Shown here: positions 38,059 through 51,627 of the stretch, piece after piece
Position numbering within the stretch: position 1 is the first letter of the stretch
Layout of the letters: each line of letters starts with the position of its first letter
DNA from: Octopus sinensis
Taxonomy: Eukaryota
Length of the DNA: 64,000 bases
Assembly: GCF_006345805.1 (NCBI RefSeq)
Contig: NC_042998.1
Location: 97,464,001-97,528,000, forward strand
Reading direction: 5' to 3'
Made by a program: the position numbers and the translations under genes
The notes under the pieces: generated by a model
The model's input: only the letters and a program-made list of their open reading frames with translations
Told to the model about the DNA's origin: nothing
The model's database searches: none

Positions 38059-38345
38059 CACTAGTATAGCTAGTGGCGGAGGATGGTAGGGGTAGTCTGC
38101 CCTGGGCAGCACTTTTAAAGGGGAACCACTTTTGGTTCTGCTGTAGGCAATATGTGTTTTTTGTGAGGTCCAGGGGTGGCAAATGGAAGGGTTGCCCTGC
38201 ATGGCACACACTCTAGCTACGCTAGGGAATCAAGTGTCTCTTACTATAACCCCAGACTGACCAATGCCTTGTGTTTTTTGTGAGGTCGGGGGGTGGAAAA
38301 TGGAAGGGCCGCCCTGGGTGGCACACACTCTAGCGACGCTAGTTG
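38059..38345. mobile_element. hAT-type MITE inserted in a family A SINE, followed by a ~120-bp tandem duplication of its right end plus flank
   Basis: Left CACTAGTATAGCTAG; right CTAGCTACGCTAG (38214-38226) and CTAGCGACGCTAG (38330-38342); TSD GATCAAGT at 38051-58 and 38345-52. Confidence 0.7.
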
Positions 38346-38425
38346 ATCAAGTGTCTATTACTATAACCCTAGACTGACCAATGCCTTGTGAGTGAATTTA
38401 CAAGACAGAAACTATGTGGATGCCC

Positions 38426-38459
<34 letters not shown>

Positions 38460-38766
38460 TGTGCACGTGTGTTTGTGGTTGTGTTTATTGCCATCACCCA
38501 CTCCACCACTTAACCATCGTTGTTGGTTTGTTTATGTCCCTTGTCCCTGAAAATTAGTGGCTCAGCAAAAGAGAATGATAGAACAAGTACCAGACTTAAA
38601 ACTAATTAAGGGTGTCAATCTGTTTGACTAAACATTGAAGGCAGTGCCACAGAGTGGCCACAGATCAATGACAGAAGCAAGTAAAAGGCAAAAGATAAAA
38701 GATTGAAAGACAGAAGCTAAGAAGCTTTGCGTTATTGGCTTTGATAGAAAAAGTAAGGGCTCAGAT

Positions 38767-38928
38767 CACTAGTGTAGCTAGAGTCTGTGTTACCTGGGGC
38801 GGCCCTTCTGCTTGCTGCCCCTGGACCCCACAAAAAACACATATTGCTTACAGCAGACCCAAAAGTGGTGCCCCTTTAAAAGAGCTTCCCGGGGTGGACT
38901 GTCCCTACTGCTCCTAGCTACGCTAGTG
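38767..38928. mobile_element. hAT-type MITE, 162 bp, inverted relative to the copy at 38059
   Basis: TIRs CACTAGTGTAGCTAG / CTAGCTACGCTAGTG; perfect 8-bp TSD GCTCAGAT (38759-66, 38929-36). Confidence 0.88.
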
Positions 38929-40181
38929 GCTCAGATGGGATTACCAAAGGCACAGGCAAATCTGATGAACTTATTCTCATCAAATACAATTTTAGCATGA
39001 ATTTTCTTTTAGGTTTTACTTTTCTTTTTCGTTTTTTTTTTTACCTTATGTCTTCAATATAGGTTGAATATAATGTTGAGAGCATTGTGTAATATGTTAA
39101 TGGGTGTTATAAAGGAAAGAAGCGGATGTTCTCTAATATGTTTTATGAAGCAGTGGATTTGTTTATTGAGACTGTTATTTCATTTTATTTTTAATGAGAA
39201 ACTGTGCTGGGTATGCTGTGGTAACAGATATTTAAATATAGCATTATCTTCTTATTCTGGAGTAATTGGCCAACTATCAGCTATTTTTATTCTCAAATGA
39301 TGTGTGAGTATTTTTGATGAGAGGATAACAAAAGAAGAATGTCAAATAGGTTTTTTTCTTTTGGTTTATTTTCACTATTTTTTCGCCCACTATTTCCTAT
39401 TGTGGTTAGCCAGGTTTCTTCCCTTAAAATTTCATCTAATATATGTAATGATTTAGTAGTTAAGTGAAATTGTTTTAAGCAAGTGTTGAACAGTGAAAAA
39501 AATGAGATAGCTATATTGAGAATACCTATTTAAATATCTTTGGAGGTTGAATTTCGTAGCATCTGTGAAGGAGTCGATAACAATGTAAAGAATTTCTTGG
39601 TATTCAATTGTTTTGATAGAAATAATTGAAAATCTTATTTAGTACCTTTAATCTATGGGGCTCTAGGGAGTGTGAGGGAATTTCTTCTTTTTCTTTTTGT
39701 TAAACTTATAATCTGGGTAGAATAGCTGTAGATTTCTCAATAGTTCAGGTTAGGTGTATGTATGTATTATGTATGTATGTATGTATGTATGTATGTATGT
39801 ATGTATGTATGCATGGATGGATGGATGGATGGATGGATGGATGGATGGATGGATGGATGTATGCATGCATGCATGCATGTATGGATGGATGGATGGATGC
39901 ATGCATGCATGTATGTATGTATGGATGGATGGATGGATGGATGGATGTATGCATGCATGCATGTATGTATGTATGTATGTATGTATGTATGTATGTATGT
40001 ATGTATGTGTACATTTTTATGTATATACATACATGCATGTGTGTATGCACACACATACATGTATGTGTGTATGCACACACATAGATGAAAGAGTAAGCAT
40101 CTTTGAAGGAACCTGAATTTTGAATGCTGAATTTGAGCAAGCTACATGAAAACACATTGCCAGTGTTTTCATGCAGCTTGT

Positions 40182-40512
40182 TTCTTTTATCTTTTACTTG
40201 TTTCAATCATTTGACTGTGGCCATGCTGGGGCACTGCCTTGAAGAGGTTTAGTTGAACAATTTGACCCAAGGACTTATTTATTTTTTTAAGCCTAGTACT
40301 TTTTCTATTGGTCTCTTTTGGCAAACCACTAAGCAACAAGGATGTAAATACACAGCACCAGTTGTCAATTGAAGGTGGGGGACAAACACACTCACACACA
40401 CACACACATGACAGGCTTCTTTCAGTTTCCATCTACTAAATCCATTCACAAGGATTTGTTGGTCCGAGGCTATAGTAGAAGATACTTGCTCAAGGTGCCA
40501 CACAGTGGGACT
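40182..40512 (-). mobile_element. tRNA-derived SINE family A, head truncated
   Basis: Colinear with the other family A copies. Confidence 0.75.
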
Positions 40513-40698
40513 ATATATGTGTGTGTATATACACTAACACACACACACACATACATATAATGATGATGGTTGTCCACTTGTGACTGAGGAAGACCATTAA
40601 GAGCATAGTGTGCTCAGGCAAAATTTTGCTTTACATTTATAGCTCCACTGGTGACTAATGGGCCCAGGTCTTGATAGACATACATATCCACCAATATT

Positions 40699-40915
40699 TT
40701 TTCTATTTTTGACACAAGGCCCGAAATTTTGGGGGAGGAAGTCAGTTGATTAGATTGAGCCCAGTACACAACTGGTACTTAGCTTGTCGATCCCAAAAGA
40801 TGAAAGGCAAAGTCTAGCTTGGCAGAATTTGAACTCAGAATGTAAAGACAGATGAAATACTGCTTAGCATTTTGCGCGGTGTACTAACATTTCTGCTAGC
40901 TTGCCGCCTTAGACG
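40699..40915 (-). mobile_element. tRNA-derived SINE family B with 12-bp TSD
   Basis: TSD TCCACCAATATT at 40687-98 and 40916-27; head AAGGCGGCAAGCTAGCAGAAATG. Confidence 0.85.
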
Positions 40916-41137
40916 TCCACCAATATTGCAAACAAAACATCCTCCATTCACCACACTGGCAATGTGTGTTTTCATGTAGCTTGCTCAAATTCAGGTTCCT
41001 TCAAAGATACCTACTCTTTCATCTACTCATTTCCTCCATTGGTGATGATGACAAGCTTTGCTTTCCCAACTGACCGTTCATATCTCACATACATACATAC
41101 ATGCATAGACACACATACATATGTATGCCTATATGTA

Positions 41138-41361
41138 CAGTAATCCCTCACCATATTGTGGTTCACCTATCATGGATATTTTTTTTTAAGCTTATATCAA
41201 TTCCTCCATGGTGTTGTTTTGCATTTATAATAAAATAAATATATACAAATTATTAAAATAATAAAAAAATATACAGTACAGAACTGTTTCTACTTCGTGG
41301 ATTTTCACCTACCATGGGGTGGTTTTGGAACATAACACCCGCGATAGTCAAAGGATTATTG
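41138..41361. mobile_element. Tigger/pogo-type MITE, 224 bp
   Basis: TA|CAGTAATCCCTCACCATATTGTGG ... CCGCGATAGTCAAAGGATTATTG|TA; imperfect ~23-bp TIRs and TA TSD. Confidence 0.75.
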
Positions 41362-41450
41362 TACATACATATGTGCATACACATATACATGTATACATGT
41401 ATGTATATATGTATATACATAAAAATGTGCACATACATACATACATACAC

Positions 41451-41900
41451 CTAACCTGAACTATTGAGAAATCTACAGCAATTCTACCCAGATTATAAGT
41501 TCAGGTTTATACCTGTAATTATTGGCACACAGGGATATGTAACACACTGCCTAAATACCAATCTTGAGAAATTAGGCCTCTCAAAACCAGAAAGGAGAAA
41601 GCTAATTCAAAGACTACCAATCCAAGCCATCACTGGAACTGTAAAAATCTGTAAAACTTTCCAAAAGTCTATCTAAAGTACACACTGTACATGTTTAGAC
41701 ATGCAACTATATGCAGGAGATACATAAATAAAAGAAAATATACAAATTTGCACATGCACTGACTTCAAATACTGCAGATATACACACATGCAAAAATACC
41801 CCATTGATGTTGTTAAAATTCCTCTGAAGGAGCCTTGAAGCTAGGTTTGTAACTGACATATTTTTTATTGGCAAGAAATCTTGAAATAAAACTGAATAAT
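41451..41900 (+). pseudogene. 3' fragment of an RLE-type (R4/Dong/NeSL-like) non-LTR retrotransposon
   Basis: ORF 41464-41676 (LQQFYPDYKFRFIPVIIGTQGYV...LEKLGL...LIQRLPIQAITGTVKICKTF*) resembles the RLE C-terminus; the 3' UTR with AATAAA runs into (CATA)n. Confidence 0.6.
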
Positions 41901-42087
41901 GACATTACATACAGACATTCATACATACATACATACATACATACGTACATACGTACATACATACATACATGCATACATGCATGCATGCATACGTACATAC
42001 ACACACACACACACACACACATACATACATACATACATACATACATACATACATACATACATACATACATACATACAAATTTATATC

Positions 42088-42246
42088 AGAAGTTTGCTTC
42101 CCAAACACTTGGCTTCAGGTTTAGTCCAACTGCATGGTACCTTGGGCAAGAGTCTTTTACTATAGCCTCAGGCCAACCAAAGCTTTGTGAGTGGATTTCA
42201 TAAGCAAGAACTGAAAGAAGCCCATCATGTGTGTGTGTGTGTGTGT

Positions 42247-42285
<39 letters not shown>

Positions 42286-42560
42286 ATGTGTGTGTGCATG
42301 TGTGTGTGTGTACATGTGCACACTTGCATGTGTGTGTGTGTATGTGTGTGTCATTGTGTCTGTATTTGTCCCCCTTCATTGCTTGATGTGTTAGTGCTTA
42401 CGCCCCCATAACTTAGCAGTTTAGCAAAAGAGACTGATAAAATAAATACCAGGCTTAAAAAAATAAGTACTGGGGTTGATTCATATGACTGAAAGTTTCC
42501 AAGGCACTGCCCCAACATGGCCTTAGTCTAATGACTGAAACAAGTAAAAGATAAAAGATA
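42088..42560 (+). mobile_element. tRNA-derived SINE family A
   Basis: CCTTGGGCAAGAGTCTT, internal (TG)n, AAAAGATAAAAGAT tail. Confidence 0.78.
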
Positions 42561-42591
<31 letters not shown>

Positions 42592-43600
42592 TATGTATGT
42601 ATATATAATACTTGATGATTTTGTCCAAATTCTGTAGTATAGGAAAATTATTAAGGAGTCTTCAAAAGCAAGAGAATTAATGATATGGAGAAATATAACT
42701 ATAACGATGTTCTACCTGAGAGCTCCAAGTAAATTATATATACATCAAGAGGATTGATTAATGAGGAATACAGATATTATAAGTTGAATGCTAAGTCAAC
42801 AAAATTAGGAAGTCAGTTATAGATGTTAAGGAAGTGTTTTAAGTAACACGGTGCAAAAAGAAATGAAGGGAAAACAAGGTAAATTTCGTTTTTGTATTTG
42901 TTTTGCAAGATTCTTGATGCAAAATCATGTGTTGAAACAGATGTTGTTATAGCTTGGGAGGATCATTTTTGCCAATATAAACACCTCTCTGGTTAGGACT
43001 TAGACAAACAAAACTCATTGATTGATTGATTGGTCTAATGATATATCCAGCAAATAAATAGTTAATTGGTTTATTAACTAGTTGGTTAATAGTAATGCTT
43101 TCTTTATTTACTATTAAATACTCACAAAAACATTGGGGCAGTACAGGACAAAATAATGCAGGGTTACATAAACAGAAATATGTAAACAGTAAAAATGAAA
43201 ATTCCTCAAAAGAGGGAGATTTCATAGGGATGCTCATGGAAACCCCATAAAACCTTTAATAGGCAAGCTGAATTGTTTACTTATTTGAATTGTCCACACC
43301 AGTAAGAAACCACACCTATTTCTACTGGTGGGGGTGGTTTTGGTGATGGGCAAGAAAAAGAAGCAATGAGTAATGAAATGATAAAAAGGGGACTGCTTTG
43401 AGTAATTTAATGAAATTAGAATTAAAACGGCATTGTAAGAATAAAAGAAGAGACAAACAAAATATCCATCAAAATAGGAGAATTAAGAAATGAAGTTTGT
43501 ATTCATTTCTTTGATTTTCCTAACTTCTCACTAGAATGATAACTGAATGTCTAAGAATGAAATTTGTTTTTGGCTCTGAAATTCTTTCTTAATCTTTAAG

Positions 43601-43800
43601 CCCTTATGATACTAGCCCACCTAAAATCAACCCATCTAAAACTTTCTGCTTCAAAGTGTCTAAATTAAAATTTTTCATTAAAATTTCAAATTAATTCATG
43701 TCTGAAACAATGGTAAAGTTGCTTTAATAAATTCTTCATTATTTAAAAATTAACTGAAATAAAGACAGTGTATTTCAACAGAAATATGGTAACAAAAGGG
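43601..43800. mobile_element. Possible piggyBac-type MITE
   Basis: CCCTTATGATACT ... GGTAACAAAAGGG termini with degenerate TTAA-like flanks. Confidence 0.35.
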
Positions 43801-45143
43801 TTACTATGAATCTATATGCAATATTTGCATCCACAGACATGAAAAAGTTGACTCAGTGTAGTCAACAAGAACAATGGACATGATATCTGTTGAATCATTA
43901 CTTAATATTAAATTGCTCCAATTCTATGAAAGCTAGTGAGTCCTTCCAGGTCAATGAAATCAGTAACAGTTATAATCTGCAAGACTAATTTGTAACATGT
44001 TCAGGATGCAACCAAGAAGAAATATGTATTTTTCTACTTAATGAAGTGGAATTTGACATAAGCTACTTACAATATATACATTAAACAAGTAAAAATAACA
44101 AAATAATCTTAGTATAAAAATAAACAAAACTCATTTATTAATCTAAGCTTTGAATTGATACAACTTCACATAAAAAAAATTGCACTAACACAATAAATTT
44201 GATATAGGAAGTTAAGTTTAGCGTATACTTCTTTTTTCTCACCACCAACTGAGAAAATATATTGAAATCTTCACTTTGTGTCTTTCCAAGAATAACTTTT
44301 ACCTCTTTTACAAGAACATTGTAAGTATAAAAAATAATAACAAGTAAACATATAGAATTGCTATTCTCAAGTCCGTGTATTAGCACTTCTCAGATCTATG
44401 GTGCTAGCTATTAAAAATAAAAGTTATGTAACCCTTAATAAGTTATTGGTTTGTAATTGAAGGCTTCACCTTCATGCAATGCTTTGAGGGTAATCAGTTG
44501 ACACCCCCCACCTCAAAGTCATTAACTACAGCCAAAAGATGTTGGTGTGAGAATTTAAGTGGAGGTGAACGCAGCTCAATTGCAAATTTAACTTTTGTTT
44601 CAGATTTTGACTTTCTGGGAGCTTGTCACTACACTTTGATGTGTGTTCATTATAGCAAGTTCCATAATTCAGTGGATTATGTAACATGTTGAAGACAAAT
44701 TGTAGGTATTGTTTGAAGAGATCATCCTTCTTTAAACTATAATTATATGAAGAGTTGATCTCATCATCAACATCATCAATCACCATCCTCATCAGCATCG
44801 TTCATCATTATCTGTCATCAATCCTCATCATCCTCATCATCCTCATCATCATCATCCTCATCATCATCATCCTCATCATCATCATCATCATCATCGTCAT
44901 CATCATTATCATCATCAATGTTTTTTAACACTTTTTTTATGCTGGCATGGGTTGAATGAGAATTTAAAGCTATATTCTACTGCTGACACTAACTGTTACA
45001 TTGTTTTCAAACAAGATACATTATTCCAATGGTGTTCATACATCAAACTGCATAACTGCTAGATGTATTACTTATGCAGGACAAAGAGAAAAAACATCAC
45101 TGCTGCCCAAACGGTGTCAATGCAGAGGCAAATGGATACACTC

Positions 45144-45185
<42 letters not shown>

Positions 45186-45504
45186 CCCCCACACACATGC
45201 ACACAACTGGCCTGCAAATACTTTCTGTTTATCAAATTTCACTCCAACTTCAGACTACAGGGTGTCACACAATGAAATCGAGCATGAAACCACGTGGTTG
45301 CAAAGTGAAAAATCTTGACCATGCAGCCAGGTGTGTAGCAACATTGCATCTAATGAAACAGTTGCAGTGTTGTAGTACAGCTACTGCTACTGCTGCTGCT
45401 GTTAACAGAGTTGAAATGTCCCAATATCGCAATACTTGTTTACAGCTACAAATGAGTTAGTTTCACAAGCACAATACAATGCTGGAGACAGGGTTTGAAC
45501 TGCC

Positions 45505-45735
45505 AGCCAACCAACCAACCAACCAACAAATCAACCAACTAACCAGCCAACCAACCAACCAACCAACCAACCAACCAACCAACCAACCAACAAACCAACC
45601 AACCAACCAACAAATCAACCAACTAACCAGCCAACCAACCAACCAACCACCAACCAACCAACAAATCAACCAACCAGCCAGCCAACCAACCAGTTAACCA
45701 GCCAACCAACCAACCAACCAATCAACTAACCCACC
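45505..45735. repeat. (AACC)n microsatellite with higher-order duplication
   Basis: Seen directly; AACAAATCAACCAACTAACCAGCC recurs at 72-bp spacing. Confidence 0.9.
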
Positions 45736-45884
45736 AGGCTGTATTGTAGAACCTTAGTTCTAAGGACAGAGGCGAGAGCACTAAATTCTTTTTTGAGATA
45801 TAAAAGGAATATAACATGTTTGTATGTAGTTTAGATTTAGGCAAACAATACAAGATTAATAAGCGAATGTATTTTATTATTTAC

Positions 45885-46114
45885 CTGACTTTGCTTGTTT
45901 TGTATGAGTGATAATACTTCTTGAGAGAGTTCATAATCCTTAGATGTGGCATCAGTGAAGACATAAATATAAGAGTGTGGTAGAGATTCTTCTAAAGCTC
46001 TTTTAATTGCACCGATACTCATCTCTGGACAATCACCTCCTCCTTGTGGATAGAGATTGCGCAGTTCTTCTTGGAATTTATCAGGATCTGTGGTTTTTAC
46101 AACAGGTCCAACAA
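45885..46114 (-). CDS. HMCN1: Internal coding exon of a hemicentin (HMCN1/him-4-like), N-terminal VWA domain
   Basis: Acceptor ttttttatcttgtAG (46115-16) and donor CAG|GTAAAT (45883-84); 230 nt, phase 1 to 0. Encodes (x)[76 protein letters not shown], which closely matches the hemicentin sequence as I recall it (..[43 protein letters not shown]). Orthology to HMCN1 versus HMCN2 cannot be resolved from one exon. Confidence 0.92.
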
Positions 46115-46789
46115 CTACAAGATAAAAAAAGTTATAAATGTTTCTATTATTTGCATAAATTTTTACGATTTTTTTTTCAAGAAAAACAACATCAATCCCA
46201 ACAACAATAATTTAAAAGTATTTCTCACGATATTATGTCATGTTAAATATAGCAATACAACCCCTAGAATCACTGTCCATGAGTCCAATCTACCCCTCTC
46301 TACTCTTCTCAGAAAACTACAATCTGTTTTCAACAGCACACTGTGCCATCACGATAGCCTGCAGATATACAAACCATAACTATATACATGCATATACCAA
46401 CCAACATAATGTATTCAAATCAAAATAAAATATATATATATTCCAGAATGGCAACAACATATGAGGGCTATTCATTTGATGACTTTTTGCATTCTGTTTT
46501 AATTTCGCATGTTGTTCTATTGAGAACAATGACAGTAGCCAGCTATCATTGACAGAAGCCAACCAAGATGCTGGCTTGTCATCTTTGAGCCATCTGTCAT
46601 TTAGGCCTTCTCGACATGATCTTTCTCAGGGTACTGCTACCCTCTGGCACTGATGAAGGAAATGTCTGTATGTGTGGACATCTGATTGTACTTGTATTTA
46701 CCAAAGAAATCATATTATTATTTCAATTATTATTATTGATATTGCACATATAGAGTGTATAACAATGTTTTTTTATGAATTTAGGTTTG

Positions 46790-48050
46790 ATAGGTTGAAT
46801 CAGGATGTGAAGTCAACAGATGCAATATTCCCAATGAGACATTTGCAAAAGTTCTTAGCCATCATCAAATAATTCTCTATTTTGCATTTATTGACCTCAA
46901 GAACGACTTTGATGAGGTCTTGTCTTCTGTAACCTGAGAAATTTAGGAAGAAATAAATGGCTGGTTAGGGTAATTGAAGTAATTTATAGAATAATCCCAA
47001 AACCAGAATTCAGTGAAGAAGTGAAGTACTCAGTTTTGAAATGAGTCTTCACCAAGGATCTGGTACTTCTCATATAATTTGGTACAGTTTAAGTAGGACT
47101 GAGTGTCTTTAGGAATATTTAAAGCCTTATAGTAACAGTTATATTGAAGAAACTGTCAAACAGCTGTAGAACATGGAAAAAGTGTTCATTTGTTTTTATG
47201 TCTGTTTTGCCTTGCTAACATAGGGTAGACAAAGACTTATTATTGAGACATTATTTTATAGATGGGTGTCTTTTCTGTTGCCAACTCTTAACTGTTTTTG
47301 TTTTTCAAGGGATTTTCTATTCTACTAATTTCCAAAACAGAAGAGCTACAAAATGATTTGTTGGCTGGGGTTATCAATAAAGAGTCACTCTTTTAATCAA
47401 ATGGCTTTCATGCAAAAATGTTGAATCTAAACAGTCACAGAAGCATACACACACATATAGACATACATATACATATGTATACATACAAGCACATATACAT
47501 ACATACTCACACACACAACAGGTTTCCTTACAATTTCTACTAATTCCCCTCATAGAGCATTAATTAGCCTAGAACTATAGCAGAAATCACTGGTCCAAAG
47601 TGCTACACTGTGAGAAAGAAATCAGAATCACATGATTACAACGGGAACTCCATATCCGTACAGCCATGCTTGTGACTTTCAGTGACAAAAATCTTAATAG
47701 TGAGTGTGGTGAAAACCAAAGTACTGGTTAAGAACAAAAAGTACAAAATCTCAGCACCATTCAGTGATAATGAACAGGAACTCAATGCTGAGTAATAATG
47801 GATAGACAAGAGATTTTACATGGTTTCTGGTTAGATGACATGGAACAGTCTTTCGATGTATTAAGAAGTTAAGAGTAATTACTGTACAAGAAATAGTATG
47901 TAGTTTCTCTTTACTGGGTAGCGTAATTAGTAATGAAAAATGTGGCAAAGTGGTGGATGAAATTCAAGAAGTTACAACCTCTGCATGTAACAAAGACCAG
48001 AGAGAGGTACCTCTTTATGGTCTTTCAATTTGCTCTGGTAGTGAGAAAGA
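46790..48050 (+). pseudogene. Scattered, highly degenerate RTE RT fragments (46790-47160 and 47700-48050)
   Basis: DAIFPMRHLQ.., FAFIDLK..FD, LHQGS, VKTKVLV and KWMKFKKLQPL resemble the 6782-8033 ORF. Confidence 0.5.
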
Positions 48051-50864
48051 CCACACAACAAACCCTAGCAACATTAGAAGATAGTATGCATTAAATAATG
48101 CAGTCCTAGAAACATAACATCGAAGAAAAGGACAGCATAGTCATAGCTGGAATGCTTTTGATTACAGATCTGCTGGATTAGTGTTGACTAGGAGCTAACC
48201 AATAACAGAGTATTTTCTTCTTCTGTATATCATCCCCCTCATTATGGCTGTTGATTTTATCATTATCTTACTTATCCTTAATAAATCTTAAATATACAAA
48301 AATCATCTCATTTCTTCTTAACTCATATGTTTTTATGATTCAAATTTCAACACTATTTCATGTGTTGTTTTATTATAAATTTACTCTCATTTCATCTGTT
48401 ATTTGCCTTCACTTTTCTCTTGCATTTATAGTAAAATGCCATTTTCTAGAAGGGTTTTCTGAATAAATACTGATGATTACATCTTCTTTATTGTTGTGTA
48501 AAGTAATATTTAATTGTATATTGTTTATTGTTACATTGTATGCTGTATCATAATTATATATATTGCATCAGAGAGATCTGAAGCAGACTTGGAGTAGAGA
48601 GGGCATGTCATTGATGAGGTAAATGGCAAAAAAGGGCTGTAATAAACTGATTAATTGAATAGCCAAATGATTAATCAAACAATCAATAAGTTAATTGGTT
48701 TGACCATTAAGCAAATGAAAAATAAATTATAAAACAGTGAAACGGAACCAGTACATGCTTTCGTTATTAGTTTAATGATCTTCCTGTGATACAACAAACA
48801 TTTCAGCATATGAGTTCATATCAACAGTCTTTCAAAGCAAATACAAAAATGAAATGTATCATAATTCATCATCATGGATTGGACTGTTTGACAGGAGCTG
48901 GCAAGCTGGAGAGATGCACCAGGCTCCAGTTGTCTGTTTTGGCATGGTTTCTATGGCTAAATGCCCTTCCTAACACCAACCACTTTACAGAGTGTACAGG
49001 GTGCTTTAATGTGGCACCAGCATGGGTACTGTTACATGTCACAATTATTTTTAAATAAATACCCCAATAAATTCAACTGACTGATCAGGTACAGAAAATA
49101 TTGGTGGAATCGTTCTTTGATTCACAATCCTTAGCCACTCAAAACACTTCTATGCAACCTTCTTTAACTTAAGGCTGAGTTCTAATATCATTATTAATAT
49201 ATTTTCCTCTTATATTCTTGTTTCATCTTACATAACTCTTCTAACATTTACTTTTCATTGTTTCAGTTTAGTAAATTCATCTTTCATTTTATTTATTTTG
49301 TTTTTATTTATCTATTGTTATTTTCATTTTTGGTAAGGCATTTGCTCCTGTACATAGTCTGCAACTCATAACAGTTTCTTTCTTTCAAGTCTGTTAAATT
49401 TTTCCACAACTTTTACAAAGATATTAACAACTAATTGTAGTAGTGTTCCAACCTTAAACCTAGTTTATGATTAGAAATAGGCTGTCTGTTAAGATCAAGC
49501 TAGCTGTCCTCAACTCTGTTCTTTTCATTTCATACTGTGTAAAAGATAGCTTTTAGAAAAATTTCTAATAAGATAGCTTTTAAGAAAGATTTCTTTTGGC
49601 TTTCGCACATTTCTTCAGCTATTTTTTACCATGAGTCTGTTGTTGGCATCAGGAGCAAGTCATGTGTTGTAGAGGTGATTATTTTAGTCTGAAGATTATC
49701 AGAAAACAAAAGAAATTTATATGCTGACAGCATCTGACAGCTGCAACTTTCAACACTCTTACATTTCTTTCCAAACCTAGACTAAGACTAAACCCAAATC
49801 AGTACTAGTTATGTCATATTATATATACATATCTGAGGAACAATTATATTCGTTAAATTGGAGTAATATACTGGAGAGATAATGCCTACACAATTTCAAT
49901 TTTGCTTTTGTTTTAAGTTATTTAGGCATGGCTTGGCACAGACATGGCTGTGGTGTTAATAAATTTGTTTCATAAATATAATGGTTGTGAGTTCATTCTC
50001 AGAGTGTGGCAACTTGTATATAGCCTTCTGCTATAAACTTGGGCTGACCAATGCCTTATGAGTGAAATGTGGTAGGCAGAAACTGTATAGAAGCCTGTCA
50101 TATGTATGTGTGTGTGTGTATTTATACATGTATACATGCATGTATGTATTCATGCGTGCATGTATGTGTGTAAATATTTGTCTCTGTATGCATGTATGCA
50201 TAGGAACTGAGATTATAATGGACCATAACATTAATAGTAAGAGAGTGCAATGGAAGTCAGTAATGAGTAACCTGGAGAAATAGAGGAAGTGATTTGCGGT
50301 ACAGAAAGTTGAAGGGGGAAGGTATTGAATATGAAGAATTTTAATGGAATCCTTCAATACTCAGGCATTACAATGGGTGAGAAAGCTAAAGGAAGAGGGT
50401 TGAATACAACCATATCCAGTGCCATTTCTTAGCTAAACTATTATTTATTTAAATATTTCATATATAAGAGAAACATTTTTGTTTATTTTTTTTTTCTTCA
50501 ATTAGACATTGAGAAAAATTATCAAGTTAATTATATATTCAAATATGAAAAATCATGTCTATTTTACAGTTTCACTGTTGTTGGTCAAACACTTTGCATA
50601 GATTCTTGAAAAACTGAAAGTTATGCAAATATTTAGTTATACCTATATACCTAAAGATTTACTTAAAATTCATGAGAGCAAAAAAAAAAAAACCAGAAAA
50701 GAATAAACTGGGCAGCCCATTTGAAAAGTGCCCAAGATTGGGCTTTTCTCCAGCTCTCCTGTACAAAACTAATTTGAAAAATTGTCTGAAATGGATCTAA
50801 AAAAGCAAAGTTCCTTCCTAAAACATATAGACTCATAAGGAACAGTTTCCAGTTTCATGGTGTA

Positions 50865-51045
50865 TCCATCTGAATGGGATGCCAGTCTGTTGCAGGATTA
50901 CTCACTTTTACCAGCTGAGGGGATGAGAGAAATGTGAAATGAAGTGTTTTGCTCAAGAGCACAATGCGTTGCCTGGTCCAGGAATCACAACTATAATGTT
51001 ATGATCATGAATCCAACACCCTAACCACTAAGCCATGTTCCTCCA
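50865..51045 (-). mobile_element. tRNA-derived SINE family C (V-domain-like)
   Basis: Minus strand TGGCTTAGTGGTTAGGGTGTTGG...CTTGAGCAAAACACTT...CCTGCAACAGACTGGCATCCCATTCAG. Confidence 0.6.
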
Positions 51046-51122
51046 ATATAATACTGCATTGTATAAATATTTACACACACATGCACATACATGCATGCAT
51101 GTGCACGCATGCACACACACAC

Positions 51123-51179
<57 letters not shown>

Positions 51180-51587
51180 AGATGAAAAATGGATTTTGTA
51201 AATCTTTATTATCAGTAATAACTGTTTCAGCACCACTCCATTTTTCATTGCAGGGAAATGATTTCATGTGAAAAGTAACAACATATTTGCCAATGATTAC
51301 ACTGAAATAAGAATTCATCAGACTTGCATCAAAAGTTACCCTCTTACATTGTGTGATGGTCAAGAGCTTTATGCGTCTTATATAGGGAGGAAACAAGAAG
51401 TAAAAAAAAAAGAATAAAAATGGTGAAATAGTGGACAAAACCAGAATGATAATAATACTAGATATAAGATAGAGGATAATACACACCCACCCACACACAC
51501 ACATTATATATATACATATATATATATATCGCGTCAGGGTCGATTCGATTCGTCGTTTCGTTCCACTTCCCTTCCTCCCAGTTTTGT

Positions 51588-51627
<40 letters not shown>

